The translations under genes were made by a program, and so were the position numbers. A stretch of 64,000 nt of DNA, taken from Selaginella moellendorffii. Its lineage: Eukaryota; Plantae; Lycopodiophyta. Location of the stretch: the NCBI RefSeq assembly GCF_000143415.4, contig NW_003314349.1, positions 629,172 to 693,171 on the forward strand, given 5' to 3'. Shown here piece after piece: positions 26,611-37,232 of the stretch. Below the pieces are notes generated by a model, which had not been told where the DNA came from, did not search any database, and saw only the letters and a list, made by a program, of their open reading frames with translations. Numbering within the stretch: the first letter of the stretch is position 1; every line of letters starts with the position of its first letter.

Positions 26611-29600
26611 GACACTTCCACGTGTCATGTGTTAGTCCTTTTTGGGTCCCTTTTTGGAGCCTCGCTTATTGCTCGCTTCGTGCTCATTCCTCAAGCACTT
26701 TGTTAGGAGTTCCACTCCCGCTCTCGACCTTTCAAGGTGGAGCTTTTAGTCCAAACGTGTTACGCTCGTTTAGCTTTCGCTTCGGCCACTACCACGTGGT
26801 TCCCCTCCGGCTCCACTTTGGGGCCTAGGGATTTTGTGCCTCACAACTCCACCACCCATAGACGAAGTTCAATGTCCTCATCGAACGATAAACTATTTTA
26901 TAAAGTAATACTAGCTTGTATTACCCTTTGCATCCTTGGCCCCTCGCCAACATTCGTCCATGGTTTAATACCGAAGGCTCACCTTGCCCTACCCATCCTC
27001 TAAAGAGCATAGTCTTTCTAACTTAGAGACTCATTCGACCACTTGTAGTGGTTTTCTCCCTTTATTGGTTTAGTTCTCATTAAACCCGTTAGAGACACCT
27101 TCTCTAACCCGATCCCACTACTTATTCTCGAATAGTCTTAGATTCCATCGACATAACCTTTGCACTTTGGAACTTTTAATTTTGACTTTTCAGAGTCAAT
27201 TTCCTAGGTGTCTCCGACACCTCACATTACACATGGTGCAACTCCACTTCCCCATCCTAGGAAGTTCTTTACTTGAGGGCACCATCATCCTCTCTTTGAT
27301 ATCGTACCACCTTTGGCAAGTTCCAGTTATCATAATTTGTGCTAGGGCTGTCCATAGCCCTATCCTTTGGCTACCTTACCGCTCCCACCCTTGGAGCTTC
27401 CACTTTTGCCAAATCGGAGTAGATGGGAATCCATTCTTGGAAACACATTGCCATCATTCCCACAATCCGTTAGCACCCAACACATTAGTGTTATTAGCCT
27501 AACTTTGCCACTTGGATTCTTTTCCATAATTCCCAAGGCTCTTTTTTTAACCATTAGTCTTTTGCTCCTATCCTTGATTGTTGCACCCCACAACATAGGA
27601 TCGCTACCTCTGTTTTCGAGGTATCTTTTCGGCTCCATAGCAAAGACTCTCCTTTGCCAAGTTTAGAGGGTGTTCACCTTTAGTACGTCTTTTTAGCATC
27701 TTCTGCTATGGGCTCTATTTACAGCTCAACTTTGTGACCCTCCCATGGGTCTCTTATAGAGACTACTTTCCTCGAACTCACTATGCCATTGCATTAACAT
27801 ATCTTATTTCCCTTAGGTGTTCCTCCCACTTGGTCACCTTGACCAAGCCACACCATCATCAATAGTTCCAATTAACACTTTGAATTTGGAACTTTATCCC
27901 TTAACCTCACAAGGATTTTGTCCTTGTTTTTGGCCATAAGATCACCTAGTGATCTAACCTTGGCACCTTAATAGGTTTGCCAATGGGTGCTAGGTCTTCC
28001 AGACCTTTAAGTTGTTGACCATGACCTCGGGGGCATCCCCCACACTTAGTAGTGCACCCAAGCCAGCCCTTCCGGCCAAGGGTCCATGGCAACTAAGAGT
28101 GAGTGTCCCCATCTCATTCACCACGTCTTTGGTGCCACTTGCACCAAAGTGTTCAAGTTAGATATGCCGAGCTTTCACACTAAGTAATCTAACCGTGCAT
28201 CACGACTCCGAGGCATCCCTCGCTTGGCGGTGTGCCCAAAACAGTCTCCCCACTGAGAGTCCATGACCACCAAAATATGAGTGTCCTCATATTCCAAACC
28301 ATCACCACGCCCTAGTGAGTTGGGACTCGCACCTAAGCACTAGAGGGTCGGGACTCGAACCCAACCTCTGTATATGCATCTACGGACGGCATCACACAGG
28401 ATGCCTAGCGTGATTCCCCACACCGGTTCACCAACTTATATTTAAAGCTCGCTATAGATCACAGCTTAGGAACCTAGTTCCTCCACACTGCCAAGTCCTC
28501 TCACTTGACACATCTATGATCTTGCATGGACTCCTCCATGCTTGGCCCCATGGCCCACCCTTTTTGAAGTTATCACCTTCAACTAGGGTATTTGTTCCCC
28601 CGACTTGCCAATCTCACTTAGCAAGTCTTCCGACCATCGTAACATGGTTCCTGCATAAGCGTGAAAGTCCTTGACCATCGACTTTCGTTCAAAGCCCTCT
28701 CTTTAAACACTTGGGAACTACTTCCCTAACTTTGATAGCCTTGCCTCATGGCAAACTTCAAGACCACGCTTCTGCTGTGCCACTCTGATTTCGCGCGTTC
28801 CATGAACCATTTACACTTGGCCTTTTTAGATACTAAGATATCTAGTATTGTCTTTAGGAACCTTGAAGGAACTCTATCCCTTAGCTTGCTAAGGCTTCCC
28901 TTTTCGCAAGCTTTTTAGTTGCCATATAGTATAATATGGATAATTCCATATTTTTAGACTCTCCATGGCATCACGGTTGCTAGCAATAACACCCTCGAGC
29001 CCCCACTTGATTCTCCACTCCTAGCTGGCACAACCAGCCTTGGTCATGCTCTTCGATTCCTATAGTTCGATTCTATCCCCTTACTACTTGCTTTTGGCTT
29101 CACACCTTTCCTTCGGTCATTCTCCTCTAGACTAGGAGGATAACTTTGCACTTTCTATTATGCCTTAACAAGTATTCTTAGGGATGAACCGACCAGATAG
29201 CCTAGGGAGTGGTTCCTCAATCAAGGTATGCTCACCTTATAATCCCACACACTGGGATTAACGTTGTTGCTTATGGGCCCTTACATGCCCATCACTAGCC
29301 TTGCCAAAATTCCATTTTTGGCTTTGTCCATTTCGGGTAGATAGTCTTCTCCCGTCTCCATAACCTTGGACATTTGGATAGCACCTTCTATCCATCATTC
29401 ACTAGGGACTTAGTCCCTTGGGCCTTATCTATTGCCCTCGTGACCTCAAACACCACCTCTTAGTGTTCTAGAGTGTTTGGGTGTCCTAAATGATGGCCTC
29501 TTTGACAATGAGCATTCCCCTTTACGATATCGACTTATTATTTCGCAGCCTAAGCAATTTATCCCTTATAAGGGTATATCTAACTTATGTCATTAAGAAG

Positions 29601-31559
29601 TCTTGGGTAGCTACCTTCTACCAGTTTAACCAATTATCTTGCACTTTTTGCTTAGTTGCCTCATAGTTATCAAGTCCTACAACTCATTGCTGGTGCTTCC
29701 ACACCTCCATCATTGTTTTGGTCACCACACTCTACCACATGCCTTCCAGCTTAGGCTATGTCATTCCCATTTCCATTGGGATTCCCTTAGCAAGGGGTTT
29801 TTATAAACCCACCAACATAACCTCAAAGTATCACACCTTGGCACATTTGGTGTCTCCACACTATTAACCCCACGAGCCTATCCTTATGACACTATTTATT
29901 AGTGTCTAGGTCTTTGCCGAGACCAATATAATTGTTCCTCATACTAACTATCTGTTAGCACCGCACTATAATGTTTGCACCCAACTCTGGGCCAAAGTTG
30001 CTTTCTTCTGGGAACATCTTTCCCACAACTTTAGCATAGCACACTCTGCCATCAATGAGATACTTACTGTTCTCATACTTGGATCTTATGATCCTCCCTA
30101 TACCTCATGGGGCACCATACACCTCAGTCCAAATGCTTCAACAAATCCTTTAGGATCATTCCCTGACTCCACTTGAGTCATCCAACATTTTAGACTTTGC
30201 TAATCCAACGATCTGCGAGGTCTTAGTCTTCGAGATACCAACTCGCTGGAATACAACTTCTTGTATTCAAGTCCTGCTCACAAGGACCATCTTTGCAAGT
30301 GTTCTTCCGACACTTGATTTGTTCTCTTGGGCAACTTTTTGCCCCTTAGGACCACTTGTCCATGTGATGAGAATACCAACTCATCCTCTGAGTACACCCC
30401 CCAACTCCTTGGGTTGTTTCAGCATTTATTAGAGGTAGCCCCGGCTACCATTTCAAGGACTTGTGTCCACTTCCGTATTTGACCTCCCACGGTCATTAAT
30501 TCTAGTCTCAAATTTATGAACACTTGCCTCAACTATGTGAAGATAATCTTATGACTCCTTTATTGTTTTGGAGTCTCTATCTTCCCTGTGATCCCAACTA
30601 TAATTGTTTACCATAACTACATTAGCCAGTTTGCTGAGTCAAACGCTCATCTGGATCACCTCCTCAACTCAATGAGGAAAACCTTGCATTGTTCCCAAAA
30701 TCCCAAAGTCGTTCCATTATTGGCCCTTTTCTATCCACCACCTTGTCTACAAATTCACACATGAACTATAATGGAGAGCCATGTCTTCCCGACCTGCTAC
30801 TCCTCAAGGATAGGCCCACTCCTTAGACCTTCCGTTACCAACACCAGTGGTGATATACTTGAGCACCAATAAAAGTCGGACTAAGGAACAGCTCCGATAC
30901 CAAGTTGTAAGCGACTAATTTTTCCATTCTACTTTAGTCACTTAACCGCACCTCCGACCACTTAGAGGAGTCTCATTCATAACCTCCATAAGTCCCATTC
31001 AGAACTTGGGGCTTGCTAGCCCCGTGAATGGCATCCACGCCACTCAACTTTTGCATTTGGTCCAAGTGCTCCACGTGTCCGATCCCATGACCGACACCCC
31101 AAGGTACGACTGACATACCCGCCCGTTACGCTAGACCATGCCCATTCACCTTGGTCACATCGGTGGTCCAACACCACCTGCATTACAATCCCGTCTCTCA
31201 AAGACTAGGCCATCCATCCATGAGTGGCTATCCCAGATCCACTCCATAGCATCCTCAGGATGCTTGCAGACATGGGGAATAGCCTTCCCCAATGTCTCCT
31301 TTTCGGTCCCCACCAAGTCCCTTCCTGTCCATGGCCGTGTTCACCAACATTGCCACTGGATCAAGGCCCACAGGCCCGACCACTAAGTCCAATTGTCCTC
31401 TAGTGGGCAGCTTATCACCCAACATTGGGTCCGGCCTTCCTGGGCCAAACTGGCCTTTCCTGGCCAAACTGGCTCCACTGCAATCCTCCCCCTTACTATG
31501 CTTTTGGAGCTCACCAAACCCCCTAGGGTCTGGGAGACGAACGCTTTGGGCTTTTACCC

Positions 31560-32183
31560 TCTCAGACTCGAACTCAGACTCGGACTCAGACTCGGACTCA
31601 GACTTGGACTCAGACTCGGGCTCGGGCTCAGTCTCGGCCTCGGCCTCGGTCTTGGTCTCGGTGTTGATCTCGGTCTCGGTCTCGGTCCCGGTCTTGGTCT
31701 CAACTTCGGACTCCATCTCGGGTCCATCTCGGACTCCATCTCAGACTCCATCTCAGGTCCATCTCGGACTCCATCTCGGGTCCATCTCGGGTCCATCTCG
31801 GACTCCATCTCGGACTCCATCTCGGGTCCATCTCGGACTCCATCTCGGACTCCATCTGATGTCCATCTCGGACTCCATCTCATACTCCATCTCGGGTCCA
31901 TCTCGGACTCCATCTCAGACTCCATCTTGAGTCCATTTCGGGTCCATCTCGGACTCCATCTTGGGTCCATTTTGGGTCCATCTCGGATTCCATCTCGGGT
32001 CCATTTTGGGTCCATCTCGGACTCCATCTCGGGTCCATTTTGGGTCCATCTCAGACTCCATCTCGGGTCCGTCTCGGACTCAATCTCAGATCCATCTCGA
32101 GTCCACCTCAAACTCCACCTTGGACTCCATCTCGGGGTCCTTCTTGGACTCCACTTCGGACTCCAACTCGGGTCCATCTTAGA
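31560..32183 (+). repeat. Same minisatellite in the other LTR, with different unit order and number
   Basis: Tandem array seen directly; homologous to 26010-26610. Confidence 0.93.
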
Positions 32184-34881
32184 CACTTTTATATGTCATG
32201 TGTTAATCTTTTTTGGGTCCCTTTTTGGAGCCTCGCTTATTGCTCGCTTCGTGCTCATTCCTCAAACACTTTGTTAGGAGTTCCACTCTTGCTCTCGACC
32301 TTTCAAGGTGGAGCTTTTAGTCCAAACGTGTTACGCTCGTTTGGCTTTCGCTTTGGCCACTACCACGTGGTGCCCCTCCGGCTCCACTTTGGGGCCTAGG
32401 GATTTTGTGCCTCACACAAGATTTCAAAGTTGGTTAATATTTATACCATAACTTTGGGTTTTATTTCAACATAGTTATTAGCAACTTTGCTAATGGTTTT
32501 GGAGCTTGTGGTAATTTATAATTGCCTAGCAAAAGTTCTAGATATTCCCCCTGACTTATTATCATCACTTTTTTTATCTTTCAAAGGGAAGGATGGTGTA
32601 AAGTTTTTAAATATATGTACATATATACATGTATTACCCTAGCTAGATAATACATTAATTATAATACTATAGTATATAGATTGTCCATTTAGGACTGAAT
32701 TAGTGTATCCATTCTTGTATATAAGTAGGGGTCTAAGCCCCAATTAATATATCTATTCTTATATCCCAAGCACTCACAGAGTTATATATCATTTAATATA
32801 TATTTTTAGAATAGTTTATTTCTAAATTTTTTTAATAGTTTTAAAAATAATTTAATACCAACTGAAGGATGAAAATTCATATGTAAAATACAACTAGTGT
32901 GATTGTAATTTTGTATATTATTTTGTTGGGAAAAGCAAAGAAAGGATGAAATTTCACACCTTCTATAATATTTTATATTTTCATCTTATTTTTTATATTA
33001 AAATAAATTAAATATTTGTTCAAAATAAATATATTTAGTTTAAAAAGAATTTTTACATTTACATAGTAACAAATGTTAAATTTTTATCAATGGTTTAATA
33101 TTATTTTAAGTTAAAATTATAAATTTATAATAGTTAGTGAGTTTATAATTTTGTTTTCAATCACAATTTAAGGAGCATAATACAACCATCTATTATTATA
33201 AGGTATACTTTAAAGTGTAGTAGTGCAAAATAGACTCAATGAAACATATTAGTGGATATTGATATAAAAAACAATTTACACATCTTTATATATATTAAAA
33301 CTTTTTAAAACCAGCTTAAAAGTATAGAATAAAATATTATATAAAATTCTATATAATAGTAATAATATAATAATATTTTTATATACTCCTGGAAAATATA
33401 TAGGTTTCACTTGTAAAAAAAAGAGTTTGAGAATATTTCCATAAAAAATTTTGAAACATTTATTAAGAAATGATTAATAATGAGTGCAACTACAATTGTA
33501 CAAATAACATAGATTTCCACATAAAAGTTCACTTTTAAAATCTAGGTAATTTTCATGTTTAGTTTAATATAGATACTCAAGAAAATATGTTTTATATCAA
33601 GTTATATTAAATTATTTTTCGTTGGAATACTTAAAAGAGTTAGTGACTAAAGAAAAGCTTAAGAACAGAAAATCACAACCATTAAATTAAAGAACATCTT
33701 AAAATAGACTTGACTATTCTAAATATGTCTTCTAGAGCAAACTAAAAGTATATTAACTAAAGTGTGTCTTGCTTTTGTTTGAGACTATGGAGAAGAGTCT
33801 GCTAGACCATGGAACCTATCAGCAGACCAGCACAGCAGCCAGGAAATCCTCCATATCACCACCTACACCATCTGGACAGTGATGCAATACAAAGCAGCCG
33901 CAAGCCAGGTTTACTACAGCCTCTTCAACAACATGGCATATACAGGAAGGAACAGGAAGTGAACCATTCAGCTTATCTTCTCCACCCACTGTGCACGAGC
34001 AGCCTCCATTCAACTACATGAAGAGAAGAACTCGGTGACAACAGTCCCGCAAGTGTGGATCAGTCTCGAACTGAAAAGATGGCTGGCAGGATCTTAAAAG
34101 AATTCCAGGTTCCAAGATTATCGGATTACAAGCGACGAAGGGCTACTTAAGAACGCGCCACGATCTCGCAACATGCATTTTTTGCATTGCATGAAATGCT
34201 CTTAAGTGACGAAGTTCTACTCGGGAACCTCGCAACATGCATTTTCTAAAGGGCTACATCCCTCTCTCAATTCAAAAATCAAAGTTAAGGAAAATTTTAA
34301 CAAGATGTTCTCATGCACTCTTTAGAAGGGCCTTGGTGGCATAGTATAGATCTCTGGTGAGGTTTCCTACGACCAGCGAACGTGATTGCCGTTGCTGCTA
34401 CTGCTCTCTTGTCGCAATGCTTCAAGAGCCTTAATTTTTATGACTGAGATTGTTATCCTTAGTATTTCCAAATAAAACTGATATTTATCTCTGAATGTCC
34501 TCACTGCTGTTAGTCCCTTGTGACTTCTCATTTAATCATGCGATTCACAATTTCAGGCGAGCTAGGTTCTGTTTGAGAATCTGGTTTTATTTTGGTGTTC
34601 CTTGCTTGATCCTTTCAGGAATCTGAGGAAGTATCGCACTAGCTAGGAAATTGACCGAAAAGAGCTTTCTTGAAGCTCCACATCACCTTCATTGAAGAAT
34701 TGGTTGCAGTGGGGCATATTTGAGAGCTTTTGGAACCTCGGCCTCTGTCAAGCAGCGCAATAGTGGAACATGAGCTGTTCTCCTGTAAAGCGGTCACTGG
34801 TCCTGAATCGATATTGTTGCATTCTCTTATATTGATTCGGAGAACTGCATGGTTTAAGAAAACGAAAGACCGATACTCTAT

Positions 34882-36633
34882 TTATGATTTAAGGTTTTGC
34901 AGCACAAATATCGAAGTGAGCTCGTCAATGCTGAGGCTGTGATCCTTGCAGCTTTTCTCCCCAAATGCAAATTCCACCAGCTTCTTCTTCTCCTCCTGGA
35001 TCTGTAAGATGCGCTCTTCCACAGTTTCTTTGACCACAAACCTGGTCACGTGGACCGGCCGAGTTTGACCAATGCGGTGCGTCCGGTCAATGGCCTGGTC
35101 CTCCGTGGTCGGGTTCCACCACATGTCCATTAGCAGCACACGAGTCGCGGCCACCAGGTTGAGCCCACACCCGCCAGCTCTAAGCGATATAAGCATTACC
35201 GCTACCTCTGGATCCTCGCTAAATCTCTTGATTGCCGCGACTCGCTTTCTTGTGCTCATGCTCCCGTCGATCCTGGAGAACTGGATCCCGGCTTCCTCCA
35301 GCTGTGGTTCAATCAGGTCGAGCATAGACGTCCACTGTGAAAAGATGAGGGATTTCTCCCCATGAGGGGTCATATCCAGCACCATCATCGCGGCTTTCAG
35401 CTTGGCCGACTGGCCAATCTCTTGCACCTTGCGATCAAACTCTTCTTGCCTCTCCTGGGCCTCGAGCTGGAGCTTACTCAATGCCTCTCTCATCTGCTGG
35501 TGCCCACTTCCATCCTCACTTCCATCTTCATCCACGATGAGATCATCGTCTTCGACTTGGAAGAGGTGGTCACTGTCGAGCAGCGCTGGATGGTTACACA
35601 TTTGCCTCAGTCGCAGCAGCATGCTCAACATGTTAAACTTGTTCATCTGCAGCGTCCCTTTGCTGCTGTATTCGCTGATTCTTGCCTCGTACTTCTCCAT
35701 AAGATCTTCATAGAGTTCTCTCTCCAGCTCCGATAGCTCCACCTCCACCCGGTTGACCAGCCTGGGCGGCAGCCGCAGCTCAACGATCGAGTTCTTGTTC
35801 CGCCGGAGCACAATGCTCTCCAGCACCGCCTTGAGCTGCAGCGAGTAGCCCCTTTTCTCATACACCTCATACTGCTCGTCGAAAGCCTTACGATTGTGAC
35901 AATAGGGATGGACCCGGAGAAAGCAGAAGAAACCGTAGAGATCCTTGATGTTGTTCTGGAATGGCGTTCCTGAGAGAGCCCATCTGTACGTCGCGGAGAG
36001 ATGCATGCAAGAGCGCGAGACTTGGGTGTAGGCATTCCGGATGGATTGTGCTTCGTCCAGCACCACCCTGTGCCACTCCACATTGCCCAGGGGACCAGAA
36101 AGGTACTGCCTCTCCACGATCCAAGCTGCACGACGTCGATTAAAGACCTTGTTCACCTTGTTACACTTCTCCTTGGCCAGTACTCCGTACGTGGTGATCA
36201 CCACGTCGTACAATGCCAGCATCTCAGGCGTCACCTTGCGTTTGTCATGGTAGACGAATGTGGAGAGTGGTGCACTGGCCGCCACCTTAGTTGCGATCTC
36301 GCTCTCCCACTGCCGGATGACACTTACCGGGCAAACGATGAGCGTACCACCCCTGACTATCTTTTGACTTGCATGGTCTTGGGCCATTGACCTTGGGCTA
36401 GCCTCGAGGATGAGCGCGATGGCTGAGAGGGTCTTGCCCAGGCCCTGGTCGTCAGCAAGGATGCCACCTTTTCTGCCGCTAGACTCCTGCTCCAGCATCC
36501 AGGCTAGGGCTTGCTTTTGGTGATTCATCAACTCAACTGTCATTGACCTAGGCTCCAAATCATTCTGAGAGGATTCCCCTTGTATTTGCTTCTTCTCCCC
36601 CTCGTCCACAAACTCCCCCTTCCTCTTCTTCAT
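34882..36633 (-). CDS. SNF2-family ATPase of the RAD5/RAD16-like group (CHR27/28-like), intronless, lacking the RING insert
   Basis: Motif I GGILADDQGLGKT, Ia TLIVCPVS, II VLDEAQ, III LSGTPFQN, LLRLRQMCNHP, IV LIFSQWT, V SLRAGGCGLNL, VI QAIDRTHRIGQ in a single 583-aa ORF. Confidence 0.9.
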   Translation of the reverse strand: MKKRKGEFVDEGEKKQIQGESSQNDLEPRSMTVELMNHQKQALAWMLEQESSGRKGGILADDQGLGKTLSAIALILEASPRSMAQDHASQKIVRGGTLIVCPVSVIRQWESEIATKVAASAPLSTFVYHDKRKVTPEMLALYDVVITTYGVLAKEKCNKVNKVFNRRRAAWIVERQYLSGPLGNVEWHRVVLDEAQSIRNAYTQVSRSCMHLSATYRWALSGTPFQNNIKDLYGFFCFLRVHPYCHNRKAFDEQYEVYEKRGYSLQLKAVLESIVLRRNKNSIVELRLPPRLVNRVEVELSELERELYEDLMEKYEARISEYSSKGTLQMNKFNMLSMLLRLRQMCNHPALLDSDHLFQVEDDDLIVDEDGSEDGSGHQQMREALSKLQLEAQERQEEFDRKVQEIGQSAKLKAAMMVLDMTPHGEKSLIFSQWTSMLDLIEPQLEEAGIQFSRIDGSMSTRKRVAAIKRFSEDPEVAVMLISLRAGGCGLNLVAATRVLLMDMWWNPTTEDQAIDRTHRIGQTRPVHVTRFVVKETVEERILQIQEEKKKLVEFAFGEKSCKDHSLSIDELTSIFVLQNLKS

Positions 36634-37232
36634 TGCTATTGCTACGTAAAAGTTGGAGAAAAACTAGAAACCCTTATGGTTTAAAAGGATGGTAAGAAAT
36701 TCCTATGATAATGGTTTGCCATCACTCCATAAACCACAACCTTGGCATCACTCCCTGCTAAGCTTGAAAGATAATCCTTGACACACCTCATCGATCCTTT
36801 GCTCCTACAAGTCTTAACAAGTTGCTCTTCCAATGTGGCATAACAATTATTTGGAAGTTTTTAATTATAAACATACTTATAATTCATTAACACAAGATTA
36901 GTTTTATTCCAGATCAAGCATTCATGCCCTACTGCCACGTCGGGCTGCCAGGTCGGTTGTTTGAGAATATTATCTGGAATGGTTCATGTTAAATAGATGG
37001 TTACAATAAATATTAATAATTGCTCATCAGTTTTATTATAAAGGTTTTGTTATATAGCGATTTCTCTACACAGGCAGATTTCCTTACGAAAATCTGGAAC
37101 GAGAGAAAGCGCTCTGTATACACAATATGCTACACAGCAGTACAAACTTGCGCAAACAGTCATCATACACAAAGTTATAGACGATGAGCCAGGCAACAAG
37201 AAAAAAAAGAGAGAAAAACGAGCGACGAAGGC

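Larger units (their letters stand above)
25027..32416 (-). mobile_element. 7.4-kb LTR retroelement with non-coding/decayed interior (LARD-like, probably Ty3/gypsy-derived)
   Basis: LTRs 30906-32416 (5') and 25027-26845 (3') with TG...CA ends and a 5-bp TSD CAAGA (25022-25026 / 32417-32421). Minus-strand PBS TGGTATCGGAGC beside 30905 and PPT ATGGGTGGTGGAG beside 26846. No gag/pol ORF in the 4.06-kb interior. Confidence 0.9.
22103..32778 (+). mobile_element. Old short-LTR retroelement (outer layer of the nest); LTRs ~22103-22534 and ~32597-32778
   Basis: Diverged direct repeats (22393-22525 vs 32630-32760). Outer ends TGTGAG...CTCACA are inverted, flanked by a GAGT duplication (22099-22102 / 32779-32782). 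Purine tract AAAGGGAAGGATGG precedes the right LTR. Internal region decayed; PBS not recognisable. Confidence 0.65.

Noticed and set aside
25738-26706. Long ORFs with DSDSDS / SPSPSP / LGLHLG repeats (also 31255-32277), resembling SD-repeat adhesins or extensins
   Set aside because: They are translations of the LTR minisatellite, open in several frames on both strands and without a signal peptide or any domain.
33787-34150. Short coding-like stretch at the right edge of the TE island
   Set aside because: Broken into short frames with no recognisable family; cannot be supported as a gene without a search.
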